Assembly (NCBI GenBank): GCA_963815095.1
Contig: CAWFFH010000004.1
Location: 96,001-160,000, forward strand
DNA: 64,000 nucleotides
Source: Candidatus Bathyarchaeota archaeon
GTDB taxonomy: Archaea > Thermoproteota > Bathyarchaeia > Bathyarchaeales > Bathycorpusculaceae
Direction of reading: 5' to 3'
In this document: positions 41,877 through 50,707 of the stretch, in pieces
How positions within the stretch are numbered: position 1 is the stretch's first letter
Layout: every line of letters starts with the position of its first letter
Position numbers and translations under genes: made by a program
The notes under the pieces: generated by a model
Told to the model about the DNA's origin: nothing
Database searches by the model: none
What the model saw: the letters and a program-made list of their open reading frames with translations, nothing else

Positions 41877-42110
41877 TACTTAACCCTTTTGTGCTATTTT
41901 TCTCAAGGATTGATTGATAGGTTTTTAGATATTTATTGTGTGTGGGTTATGAAATCCATCTTAAAGTTGGCGATTCCTGTATTTGTGTTGTACTGTTGTT
42001 TCGTTAGTTTGTTGTATTGTTGCATAAGTGGTCTGTGTTTGATTGGTCCAGTGTGAATTTATATATTACGATTCATGATACGATGCATTAAGGGAGCTAA
42101 AGAGAATAAA

Positions 42111-42962
42111 ATGAAAATATTCAAGACAGCGACAATAATCTCCCTATTAACCATAGTAACGTTAGGGGGATTTTGCTCAACAACCTACGCGATTACTGGA
42201 AATAGTCATCCTGATACCACTCCTTATGTAGGTTTAGTTGTACTTTTTAGTGATCCCGCAAAGACCCATCCAATAAGCTTCAGCACAGGCATCCTCATTT
42301 CGCCAACTGTTGTTTTGACTGCAGGCCACAGCGTCATCGGCGGCGTAGCAGCAAGCGTCTGCTTTGACCAAGACCCAATAACCTATTCAATCGACGAAGA
42401 AGGACAAATGCACTACAACATCAACCTACCAGTTTACAGTGGTGTTCCAACGCCTTATCCAGAATATCAGGTCAGTTTAGAGGCGGTAGTAAAAGACAGT
42501 AAGCTTCTCCAAACAGGCGACGTCGGCTTAATCGTGCTGGACACGCCTGTTGTGGAAGTGCAGAGTTTTCCAGCACTTCCCACTGAGGGTTTGGCAGATA
42601 GTTTGCCGGTAAATAGTATTTTGCAAGTGATAGGTTACGGAGTCCAAGATCAAATTACACCCAGAAACGGCAATATCTCGACTTGGGTTGGAAGCATTAC
42701 CCGCAACTCAGCCACAGTAAACCTGCTTTCTACTAACTTCCAAGGAAGCAGTAACTACCTTAAATGCTCAGCAAATGCAGCTCAGGGAAAAGGTGGCGTT
42801 AGTTACGGTGACTCAGGAGGACCAGTCCTATACAACGATGATGGGCAAACCACCATCTTAGCAGTAAATGCATATGTTAACAACGCCAACTGTGAAGGCG
42901 TAACTTTCCATACTCGAATCGATAATCCACAAGTCCTCGGTTGGATCAAGGATTACATTTGA
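42111..42962 (+). CDS. Secreted S1 (chymotrypsin-fold) serine protease
   Basis: Signal peptide MKIFK..TTYA; triad motifs LTAGH, GDVGLI, GDSGGP. Confidence 0.9.
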   Translation: MKIFKTATIISLLTIVTLGGFCSTTYAITGNSHPDTTPYVGLVVLFSDPAKTHPISFSTGILISPTVVLTAGHSVIGGVAASVCFDQDPITYSIDEEGQMHYNINLPVYSGVPTPYPEYQVSLEAVVKDSKLLQTGDVGLIVLDTPVVEVQSFPALPTEGLADSLPVNSILQVIGYGVQDQITPRNGNISTWVGSITRNSATVNLLSTNFQGSSNYLKCSANAAQGKGGVSYGDSGGPVLYNDDGQTTILAVNAYVNNANCEGVTFHTRIDNPQVLGWIKDYI

Positions 42963-43002
42963 GTTTTCAGTAATAATTATCAAGGAATGAGAGGTGAAAT
43001 GA

Positions 43003-43059
43003 ATGAATCAAAAACGTGCAATCAAAGCAAAAGCTCCGGTGAATTGGGGCGGCTGGTAA
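43003..43059 (+). CDS. 18-aa Trp-rich micropeptide MNQKRAIKAKAPVNWGGW (candidate precursor peptide)
   Basis: GAGGTGA SD at 42991-42997, 5 nt before ATG 43003; TAA at 43057-59; hairpin downstream. Confidence 0.65.
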   Translation: MNQKRAIKAKAPVNWGGW

Positions 43060-43071
43060 ATAAACGGGTAA

Positions 43072-43100
43072 GGTGCAGGCTTTAGCACCAATTTTCTAAT
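43072..43100 (+). terminator. Short hairpin plus T-tract after the micropeptide
   Basis: GGTGC-aggcttta-GCACC followed by AATTTTCTAAT. Confidence 0.45.
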
Positions 43101-43160
43101 TTTAAATCTTTATTTTAAATTCTTAATTTACAAATACCTTGGATTCTAATTCTTTATATC

Positions 43161-44165
43161 ATGAAAGAGACTCCGCTTACCAAGAATGCGATAGGCATAA
43201 TTCATAGCGAAGGGCAATCTCCTTTAACCGAAGCTTCCAAAAAAATACTCTCAAACAGATACGACGACGGAATCCTCTGTGAAGCATTGCATTATTATGC
43301 CCAAGAAGTCCTTCCAAACGTTTTACCTATTTTTCCAGCCCTAATGGCCCTGTCCAGCGGAGCAGTAGGAACTTTCCCAGAAAACTCACAGCCGATTTCC
43401 ATCGCAATGCTGCTCATAACTTCCTCTGGGGACATCCACGATGACATTGTGGACAATTCAAAAGAAAAGTTTACAAAAAAGACTCTTTTTGGAAAATATG
43501 GTAAAGATATTTCTCTTTTGGCAGGCGATCTGCTCTTAATTCAAGGAATGACAGCACTTCAAAATGAATGCAGCAACTTATCAGCCAAGCAAGGGAAAAC
43601 CATAGCTAATTCAATTGCCTCGGCAATGCTTGAAATCGTAAAAGCAGAAGCCCTCGAGATCTCCCTGTGGCATAAACCAAACGTTACAGCCGAAGAGTTT
43701 TTTGAGGTAATCCAGTTGAAGGCGAGAGTAGCTGAGTTTCACTGTAGACTTGGCGGGATAGTTGGCGGAGGAACAATTGTAGAAATTGAAAATCTTGCAA
43801 GTTATGGCAGAACAATCGGGGTATTATCAACGATAAAAGAAGAATTTATGGATATGACGTGTTCTAGTGAGCTTAATCATCGAGTTAAACATGAATTGCC
43901 GCCTTATCCTATGCTTTGTGCAATGCAGAACAAAACATTAAATGAGAAACTCGTGAATTCCAAGAACGCCGAGTTCTCTCTTGCTGATCTTCAAGAAGTT
44001 TCAGCAACAGTGATGGGGTCTTTTGAAGTTGAAAAACTAATCTCTGGGCTTAAAGAATTTGGAAGAAAAGAATTGTTGAATAATCCGCTGTTAAAAGGAA
44101 ATGCGAAACCAAAAGAGTTAGTGGTTCTGCTTGAAGCTTTAACAGAAGAATTGGAGCTTATTTAG
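43161..44165 (+). CDS. Divergent trans-prenyltransferase-fold protein (ComQ-like candidate)
   Basis: Retains HDDIVD and LLAGD; GKRxRP replaced by LPIFP, RRG by KFT, GQ by AE, second DDxxD by EEFMD. Confidence 0.8.
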   Translation: MKETPLTKNAIGIIHSEGQSPLTEASKKILSNRYDDGILCEALHYYAQEVLPNVLPIFPALMALSSGAVGTFPENSQPISIAMLLITSSGDIHDDIVDNSKEKFTKKTLFGKYGKDISLLAGDLLLIQGMTALQNECSNLSAKQGKTIANSIASAMLEIVKAEALEISLWHKPNVTAEEFFEVIQLKARVAEFHCRLGGIVGGGTIVEIENLASYGRTIGVLSTIKEEFMDMTCSSELNHRVKHELPPYPMLCAMQNKTLNEKLVNSKNAEFSLADLQEVSATVMGSFEVEKLISGLKEFGRKELLNNPLLKGNAKPKELVVLLEALTEELELI

Positions 44166-44264
44166 TTGCTGAATTACGAATACTTATTCAATGGATAAAG
44201 TATTAATTCTTAATACTTATAATTCAATTAAACCTAGTTTAATCAGGAACCCAAAACGCTAAAC

Positions 44265-45500
44265 ATGAAAATAGTCTCTAAAAAGCTATCATCTATCCCT
44301 AAGGAAGCTTTAGTAAGCACCTTTTTGGTAGCGAACGCCTTCGTTTGGTATCTCAGCGGGTTTAGCTATTTGCAGGCTGCCACATCCTCGCATTTCGACG
44401 GAAATTCTCTGTTGCTAATAGAAGTTATCAACTTTGCAAGTTTAGTTTCATCCGCTTTTATCATTTCATCAGTTAAAAACAAATTCAAAAGTCGTCGATT
44501 CTTTCTGAAATATTGGGTCCTCGCGGGCGTTTTACTTTCTTTCTTATTTGTAGTCGTGAATTCCGCAGACTTTGCCAGTTTACTATTTTTGGCAATCATA
44601 ATTGGGGTCTATTTCGGAATTGGCATGCCCATTTGTATGGGATATTTCGCAAAAACAACTGTATCCCAAAACCGCGCTAAACTAGGCGGAATAATAATTC
44701 TTTTAATGGGTTTAGGCTATTCGCTGATTTCGATAATCGGAAGCAACGAAACTATCCTTTTGGCCGGTTCTTTGGGTGTTTTGCAAATTCTTGGCTTGAT
44801 TTCTATTTTTTCTACTAAATCTGTCGAAGGACATTCGGAGCAAAACAAACAAGTATCATATCGTTCAATAATTTCAAACAAAACTTTTCTACTCTACGCT
44901 GCTCCCTGGTTGATGTTTTCTCTAATCAACCAATTAACATTGGAGTTGAACACTAATTATTTCAGCGGCGGCACATTTCCGATCGCTTTTGGACAAAACT
45001 TTCAGCTAATCGAAAACATTTTGTCTGGTGCATCCGCGATTATCTGCGGGTTTCTAGCTGATAAAAAAGGTCGGAAACGGTTAGCGTTGGTAGGGTTTGT
45101 TCTTCTAGGAGTTGGCTATGCGTCTTTAGGGCTTTTAAACGGCAACTATTTTGCAGCTTGGTTCTATGTTTGCGTCGATGGCGTTGCCTGGGGCGCCTTC
45201 GCTATGTTGTTTTTAGTCACAATCTGGGGGGACATATCCCAAGAAAAAAGTGGCGAAAAATACTATTTTCTTGGGGTGTTGCCGTATTTATTCTCGATAT
45301 TGGCAGGGGGGTTAGCAGGAGCGTCCATTTCAGCTAATGTTAAAGAGCCTACGGTTTTCTCGTTTGCAGCCTTCTTTCTTTTCGTGGCAGTATTGCCGTT
45401 GCTTTATGCGCCAGAAACACTGCCTGATAAAATACTAAAAAATCTTGACCTAAACAGTTATGTGAATAAGGCTTTGGAAAAAGTCAAGAAAGTAACGTAA
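44265..45500 (+). CDS. MFS transporter
   Basis: About 12 TM; GFLADKKGRKR motif A; C-terminal PETL. Confidence 0.85.
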   Translation: MKIVSKKLSSIPKEALVSTFLVANAFVWYLSGFSYLQAATSSHFDGNSLLLIEVINFASLVSSAFIISSVKNKFKSRRFFLKYWVLAGVLLSFLFVVVNSADFASLLFLAIIIGVYFGIGMPICMGYFAKTTVSQNRAKLGGIIILLMGLGYSLISIIGSNETILLAGSLGVLQILGLISIFSTKSVEGHSEQNKQVSYRSIISNKTFLLYAAPWLMFSLINQLTLELNTNYFSGGTFPIAFGQNFQLIENILSGASAIICGFLADKKGRKRLALVGFVLLGVGYASLGLLNGNYFAAWFYVCVDGVAWGAFAMLFLVTIWGDISQEKSGEKYYFLGVLPYLFSILAGGLAGASISANVKEPTVFSFAAFFLFVAVLPLLYAPETLPDKILKNLDLNSYVNKALEKVKKVT

Positions 45501-45526
45501 AAACTTGACTATCTTGAATGAGTTGA

Positions 45527-45561
45527 TGTGAGTGTTGGTTAGCAGTCACAACAGCTTATAT
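45527..45561 (+). promoter_or_regulatory. Inverted repeat TGTGAGTG-N8-CAGTCACA followed by a TATA box
   Basis: Near-perfect palindrome at 45527-45550 then CTTATAT; related copy at 40595-40620. Confidence 0.5.
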
Positions 45562-45620
45562 TTGCTAAAATGATACTAAAATATAGTTTTTTGAATCGCT
45601 TGTTTAAAGGAGAAAAATTT

Positions 45621-46025
45621 ATGGTTAAAATGCAAACGACTGAAGCACATCATGAAGAACTAGTTAATGGACTCTACGAACAGATGAAGCCAATATTGGA
45701 TAAATCTGAGCAACCTATATTCATCTACTTAGATGATAACCACAAAGCCTGCAATGAAAAATTTGCTTCGATGTTAGGTTTCGCATCGCCAAAGGAATGG
45801 GCTGAAAAACAGGGTTTTCTAGAAGTTTATGTGACAGAGAAAAGCCGCGAAACTCTCTCATCAGCTTACTGGAAGGCAATGGAGAAAATGGTTGCTTCAA
45901 CAATTCCTATGACTTGGATGAAAAAAGATGGCGCAACCATAGAATCAATGATGATTCTTGTTCCCATGTTCTTCGAAGGTCACATGTTTTCCCTTCACTT
46001 CGTGACAAACATCACTAACAAATAA
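45621..46025 (+). CDS. Stand-alone PAS-domain protein
   Basis: ILDKSEQPIFI, CNEKFASMLGF, KKDG turn; AAGGAG SD before ATG 45621. Confidence 0.75.
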   Translation: MVKMQTTEAHHEELVNGLYEQMKPILDKSEQPIFIYLDDNHKACNEKFASMLGFASPKEWAEKQGFLEVYVTEKSRETLSSAYWKAMEKMVASTIPMTWMKKDGATIESMMILVPMFFEGHMFSLHFVTNITNK

Positions 46026-46100
46026 TCTGGACCAATAACTAAACTGGTATTTTTTTCCAGAATCAACATTTTTTGTTGTAAAACATTAGGTGATGAGTTT

Positions 46101-46352
46101 TTAGTTTTCCCATACAGTTAAGTTGGAAGGTTTTAGGATATTTGACGAAATAAAGTAGCATTCACTATCTAACAGTAAACTTAGATTATGTTGACTAACA
46201 AAATCTTTTATGAATACCAAGTCGCCGCTGTTTACAGAGTCTTGATCAAAAGTTAAAATAATTCCGTCTTTTCCGGTATCAAGCATCTTTACGTCAAAAC
46301 TGCAGCTTGAACCAATTTCTCTTTTAAACACCATAGCCTCAAACATCTTCAT
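46101..46352 (-). CDS. Small hypothetical protein
   Basis: 83-aa ORF with a purine-rich SD-like leader. Confidence 0.55.
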   Translation of the reverse strand: MKMFEAMVFKREIGSSCSFDVKMLDTGKDGIILTFDQDSVNSGDLVFIKDFVSQHNLSLLLDSECYFISSNILKPSNLTVWEN

Positions 46353-46583
46353 TTTTCCTTTCCCCTGTCCAAAATATGCTGCTCACTACGCCAAAAATAT
46401 CTGGAAGGGTGAATGCAAACTTGGGACTTAATATGTATAAACTTATTCACTTTTAAGGGTTCGCGTTTTTATAAGGAGAAAACCGATGTTACGACTTTAA
46501 CAGATTGTACAAAAATGATATCAAAAAGAAAGAAGTTAATTTTTAAGGGTGTTATGGGCAAACATGAATATTCAGTTTTTAAC

Positions 46584-48335
46584 CTAAGTCATTTTGAATT
46601 GTGGGAAATCAGATTTTGAAGTTTTGATTGGTAGAGTGATAGTAAATTTGTGCCTTTTCCAGTTTTGCTTTCTACGGTAATTTTGCCGCTATGAGCTTCT
46701 ACGATTCTCTTACAAATTGCCAGGTTCATTCCCATTCCTTTTGCTTTGGAGGTTACAAGCGGTGAAAAAAGTTTTGGTAAAATATGTTCTGGAATACCTG
46801 TTCCTGAGTCAGAGAAAGAAATCTCAACGTTTGAGCCTTTCACAGCGTTCATTATTTGTATTTCGCCTTTTTCAGGAGTAGCTTCTATCGCATTATTTAT
46901 TATGTGTCCAAATATTTTTTCTATTTTTTGTGTGTCTGAGAAGAATTTTAATTCATCTGTGGTTTGGTTTACAACATTTACGCGATTTGCAACCTGGATC
47001 TTTGACAACGCATTAAGTATAAGCGACTTGGGTGTGCATTGTCCAGGCTCCAAAATCAGTTCACTTGAATATTCTACGAGGCTTGTGATAATTCTGTCTG
47101 AGTCTTCAACTGCAGTGTCTATTGTTCCCAAAATCTTAATTCTATCCAATTCAGTGAGTCGATTATTATTCTTTTTCAAAAGGTAAATTCCGTTTTTTAT
47201 TCCTGATAATGGATTGCGCAAATCATGACCGATTTGTCCCGCCAGTTCACCGATTGAAGCTAACCTTTCTGCTTTAACAAGTCTTTCCTCAATATTTTTA
47301 TGCTCAGTAATATCGTGGATGATGCAAGCTAATCCGATTGATCGACCCGTTTTGCTTTGGACAACTGAACCTGAAAAAAGAACGATGCGTTTTTCTCCAG
47401 ATTTAGTTTTGAGGATTAATTCCTTATTTCTAACTATTTTTTTTGCTGCTAAATCTTCTAAGATGTCTTTACAGATATTTTCTTGGTTTTCTTCACATAA
47501 TTTTGTGATGGGTTCACCAATTAATTCATCTTTTTTGTATCCAGTAAAACTTATCAAGCGCTCATTTACCCTCGTCATTTTAGCGTTTTTATCTGCTAGA
47601 ATAAGTGAGTCAGGGATTGTAGATAGAATGTTGTCTGCAGCTAAAGCTGCGTCAAAGGTAAATAAGTCGAATTTAACAATTGAATATCCAACAAAGAAGC
47701 TGAAGAAGAGTGTTGCAACAATTCCAAAATTTGGAATGTTCATGTTGATAGAGCGGCCAATTATGTTTGTTGTTATGAATGCGGCGATGGGGATGGCGAA
47801 GCCAGCTGTAACATATTTTCGAGGTTGTGTTTGTGACGGGTCTTTTGCCCTTCGATAAAATCTGAAACATAAAATAAAAGCTAAAATCGGTAAGAGTGCT
47901 GTCCAAATGGTGGATGCTGTATAAACCCAGGTTCCTGAAGCAACATCATTATACCCCCAATATTCCATTACTGGAGGAGCATTGATGAAGTTTGTCGATA
48001 AATCAATAGCCCAAAGTGCAATTGCAGGCAAATACAAAATTAAATAGTTATATTTGTTTTTTAGCAAATTGCTTTCAGTAAAAACCAAAGCAAAATTAAG
48101 AACTAAAGCGACGAAAAAAGGCCAGATAGTGCCCATTTTATGCCAAATGAAAGCGCTTTCAAAAGTGTTTGCCGTCCACATCATAACAGTGGTAAATGAA
48201 TAAAAAAATGAAGCCAGACAAGCTAAAAAAAAAGATTTTATTAAGATTTGATTTTTGGTTTAAGGAATAAACCAATAGTCCTAGGCAAATGCATATTATG
48301 CTTGAGTATAGCGAAAGCAAAGCGAACGGATTCAT
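46584..48335 (-). CDS. Membrane sensor histidine kinase (multi-TM, HisKA_7TM-like + PAS + HisKA + HATPase) with two apparent frameshifts
   Basis: GHDLRNPL H-box, INNAIEA, DSGTGI, KGMGMNL. ATG 48335 joins the ORF if the A9 run (48225-33) is A8; the C-terminus becomes GTKFTITLP if one base is added at 46647-49. Confidence 0.85.
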
Positions 48336-48487
48336 AGATTTTTATCCGAATTGTTTGTTTCTTCAGACTCATCTTAAGCTTGATTTTGACTTTGATTTGT
48401 CGTGATGTTCTAAAAGTAAGTCTTAAGTTTGCATTTAAAACATATGATTTAGAAATCTATATTTTGATTATTTGACAAGTAGTGTAT

Positions 48488-49552
48488 CTATTTGTTTTTG
48501 GATTTCTCGTAAGCATTTGCAATAGCTTCGCTTGTTAGAACACCTAATATTTTTGTGCGGGTTTCTTTATCAACCACTGGAATGAGATCAATTTTTTCCC
48601 GTATCATAATCTTATTTGCTTCAAGAATTGACTCGTCCTCAAAGACGGATATGTTCTTGAGCGGCATCTGCTCAACTCTAAGTGTGTTCCTCTCTTCGGG
48701 TTTAATTTTCATTAACTCGTTCCAAGTGACTACTCCTTGGAAAATGCCATCTTTTTCCATCAGAGCGTCATGGTAGCGATTTTTGAACATTATTTCCAAT
48801 GCTTCGGTGAGGTTTTGTTGAGGATTTACGGAGCCTATTTCTGATTGCATGACATCCTTAACTCTAACGCCTGCAAGAGTTGTGGAGATTATCGTTTGTT
48901 CTGCTTCTTCACTGGCGCCTATGTAAACAAAAATTCCTACCAAAATAAGCAAGAAGTAACTTGGAATCAAGAAACCTACAATGACCATTGCGATGCCGAA
49001 TATTTTTCCAATATAGACTGCATACCTTGTTGCGTCAGAGTACTTCATGCGTTCTGCTAGTAAAGCCCTAAACACTCTGCCGCCGTCCATTGGGAAAGCT
49101 GGAATCAAATTGAATAAGCCGAGTAAAATGTTGAGTATGGCAAGGTCGAAGAGCAAGTTTCCAGTAATGGTAAATGTTAAGACCGATGTAATAAGGTGCG
49201 GCGAAATTACAAGGCTTACCACAAGAAGGGCAACTCCTAGAACCAGACTGGTAAGAGGTCCAGCAACAGCCATTCGCCATTCCTGTGAAGGATTATCTGG
49301 AATTTCCTCAATCTCAGAAACGCCTCCAATTGGGTACAAAATGATTTTTCGAACCTTAATTCCATAATGTCTTGCGATGATTGAATGGGCAAGTTCATGG
49401 AAAACTACGAACAAAAACAGGAACAATATTATGAAAAATAGGTAAAACGTTGGGATAGATAGGACAAGGACTGCAATGATTAGTAGTAAAAATGTAATAT
49501 GCAACTCGATAGGGATGCCCCATACTGAGCCTATCTTGAAAGAATATCTCAT
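48488..49552 (-). CDS. Site-2 protease (M50) with CBS pair
   Basis: HELAH, AGP, FNLIPAFPMDGGR, C-terminal CBS domains. Confidence 0.92.
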   Translation of the reverse strand: MRYSFKIGSVWGIPIELHITFLLLIIAVLVLSIPTFYLFFIILFLFLFVVFHELAHSIIARHYGIKVRKIILYPIGGVSEIEEIPDNPSQEWRMAVAGPLTSLVLGVALLVVSLVISPHLITSVLTFTITGNLLFDLAILNILLGLFNLIPAFPMDGGRVFRALLAERMKYSDATRYAVYIGKIFGIAMVIVGFLIPSYFLLILVGIFVYIGASEEAEQTIISTTLAGVRVKDVMQSEIGSVNPQQNLTEALEIMFKNRYHDALMEKDGIFQGVVTWNELMKIKPEERNTLRVEQMPLKNISVFEDESILEANKIMIREKIDLIPVVDKETRTKILGVLTSEAIANAYEKSKNK

Positions 49553-49732
49553 AAAATAAAGTGGATGCGGTTAGCTTTTTAAAGTTTCGACAAGAAAAAT
49601 TCTGGGACTAGTAAGGTCTGTTAATAAAGAAATTGAGCATAAACTTCCAAAAATTATAATAACAAATCGATGTATGAACGTTGAATAGCAAAGACTTGCT
49701 TGATAAGAGCAAGAAAAAACAAGAACCTGAAA

Positions 49733-50245
49733 ATGGAGAGAGAGGAATTGAATAAGAAAGTTCTAAGTTTAGTCGTTGCTTTAATCGTTTTGGTTGCTTT
49801 AGTGGCAGCTTTTCTTGCTGAGTCTGCATCGGCTCCATCCCAGAAACCAACGGGCGCAATGGATTTTACTGTCAGCGGAACCAGTAACTGCCTCAGATTC
49901 CTAAACAGCTCCGTCCCAACAATTTACGTGCCATTCACGACTGCTGCAAACACTAACTGGGAATTAACGATAGACTGCACCAAAATGCCCGGCGGCGCCA
50001 ACGGCTATACTGATGTCTATGTTTACAATAGCTACTGGAACGGCGGAACCAACAACACATGCATATCAGGGGATCTATATCCGATTCTAAACGACATACA
50101 AAGTGCTAACTTCGAAATACACACCAACACACCCTACACACAAACCTTCGGCGCATCAACACAACAAAGCTACACAGTATTCTTTGTAGTTCCACCAGGC
50201 GGAACACAAGCAACATTCCACGTAACACTCAAACAATTAGTGTAA
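49733..50245 (+). CDS. Secreted or membrane-anchored hypothetical protein
   Basis: N-terminal hydrophobic helix; T/N-rich beta domain with Cys. Confidence 0.7.
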   Translation: MEREELNKKVLSLVVALIVLVALVAAFLAESASAPSQKPTGAMDFTVSGTSNCLRFLNSSVPTIYVPFTTAANTNWELTIDCTKMPGGANGYTDVYVYNSYWNGGTNNTCISGDLYPILNDIQSANFEIHTNTPYTQTFGASTQQSYTVFFVVPPGGTQATFHVTLKQLV

Positions 50246-50332
50246 CGAGAAAAATCCTTAAATTTTTTATTTACTTTTGTCCAGAAAAAGTTAGTCTGCA
50301 ATATGGTTATATAATCGGGTAAACTAGCTTAT

Positions 50333-50707
50333 TTGAGGTCTGTCGGCTTGTCTGAATTTGTTTGGAATAAACCTGTCTTAAGTTTCTATCGAGAAAATAA
50401 TGAGCAGCCCGAAACCGAAGCTTTTGCCGTTGTAAAAGCTAAAAAGTTAACTGTTTCAGCATCAGAAATAGGCGGATTCGACTGCAATTTAGCAGATTTC
50501 TTTTGTTTGATGGGAGACATAGACCAGGTTAAACCTGACCAGAAATATGTTGTTTGTTGGTTTGACGATTCCGTCGAAGATTTTCATGCTGGTTTTAGGC
50601 GTTTGTCAGGAGTAACTTTCCCAGCTAAATTAATCTTTGTTGTCGATAAGCGAAACAAGCGAACATACAATGCCATTTTCCAAGCTAAACATGCTAAACT
50701 GAAATAA
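50333..50707 (+). CDS. Hypothetical protein
   Basis: 124-aa ORF with globular composition; TATA-like TTATATAA upstream. Confidence 0.6.
   Translation: MRSVGLSEFVWNKPVLSFYRENNEQPETEAFAVVKAKKLTVSASEIGGFDCNLADFFCLMGDIDQVKPDQKYVVCWFDDSVEDFHAGFRRLSGVTFPAKLIFVVDKRNKRTYNAIFQAKHAKLK

Noticed and set aside
42987-43085. Alternative-frame ORF MRGEMNESKTCNQSKSSGELGRLVNKRVRCRL overlapping the micropeptide
   Set aside because: Its ATGs overlap the GAGGTGA SD region or lie only 1 nt after it, and it runs into the hairpin. ATG 43003 has the proper spacing.
8399-46512. GATTGTACAA shared upstream of two small minus-strand ORFs (8399 and 46503)
   Set aside because: The distances to the putative TATA boxes differ, so it is compatible with chance.
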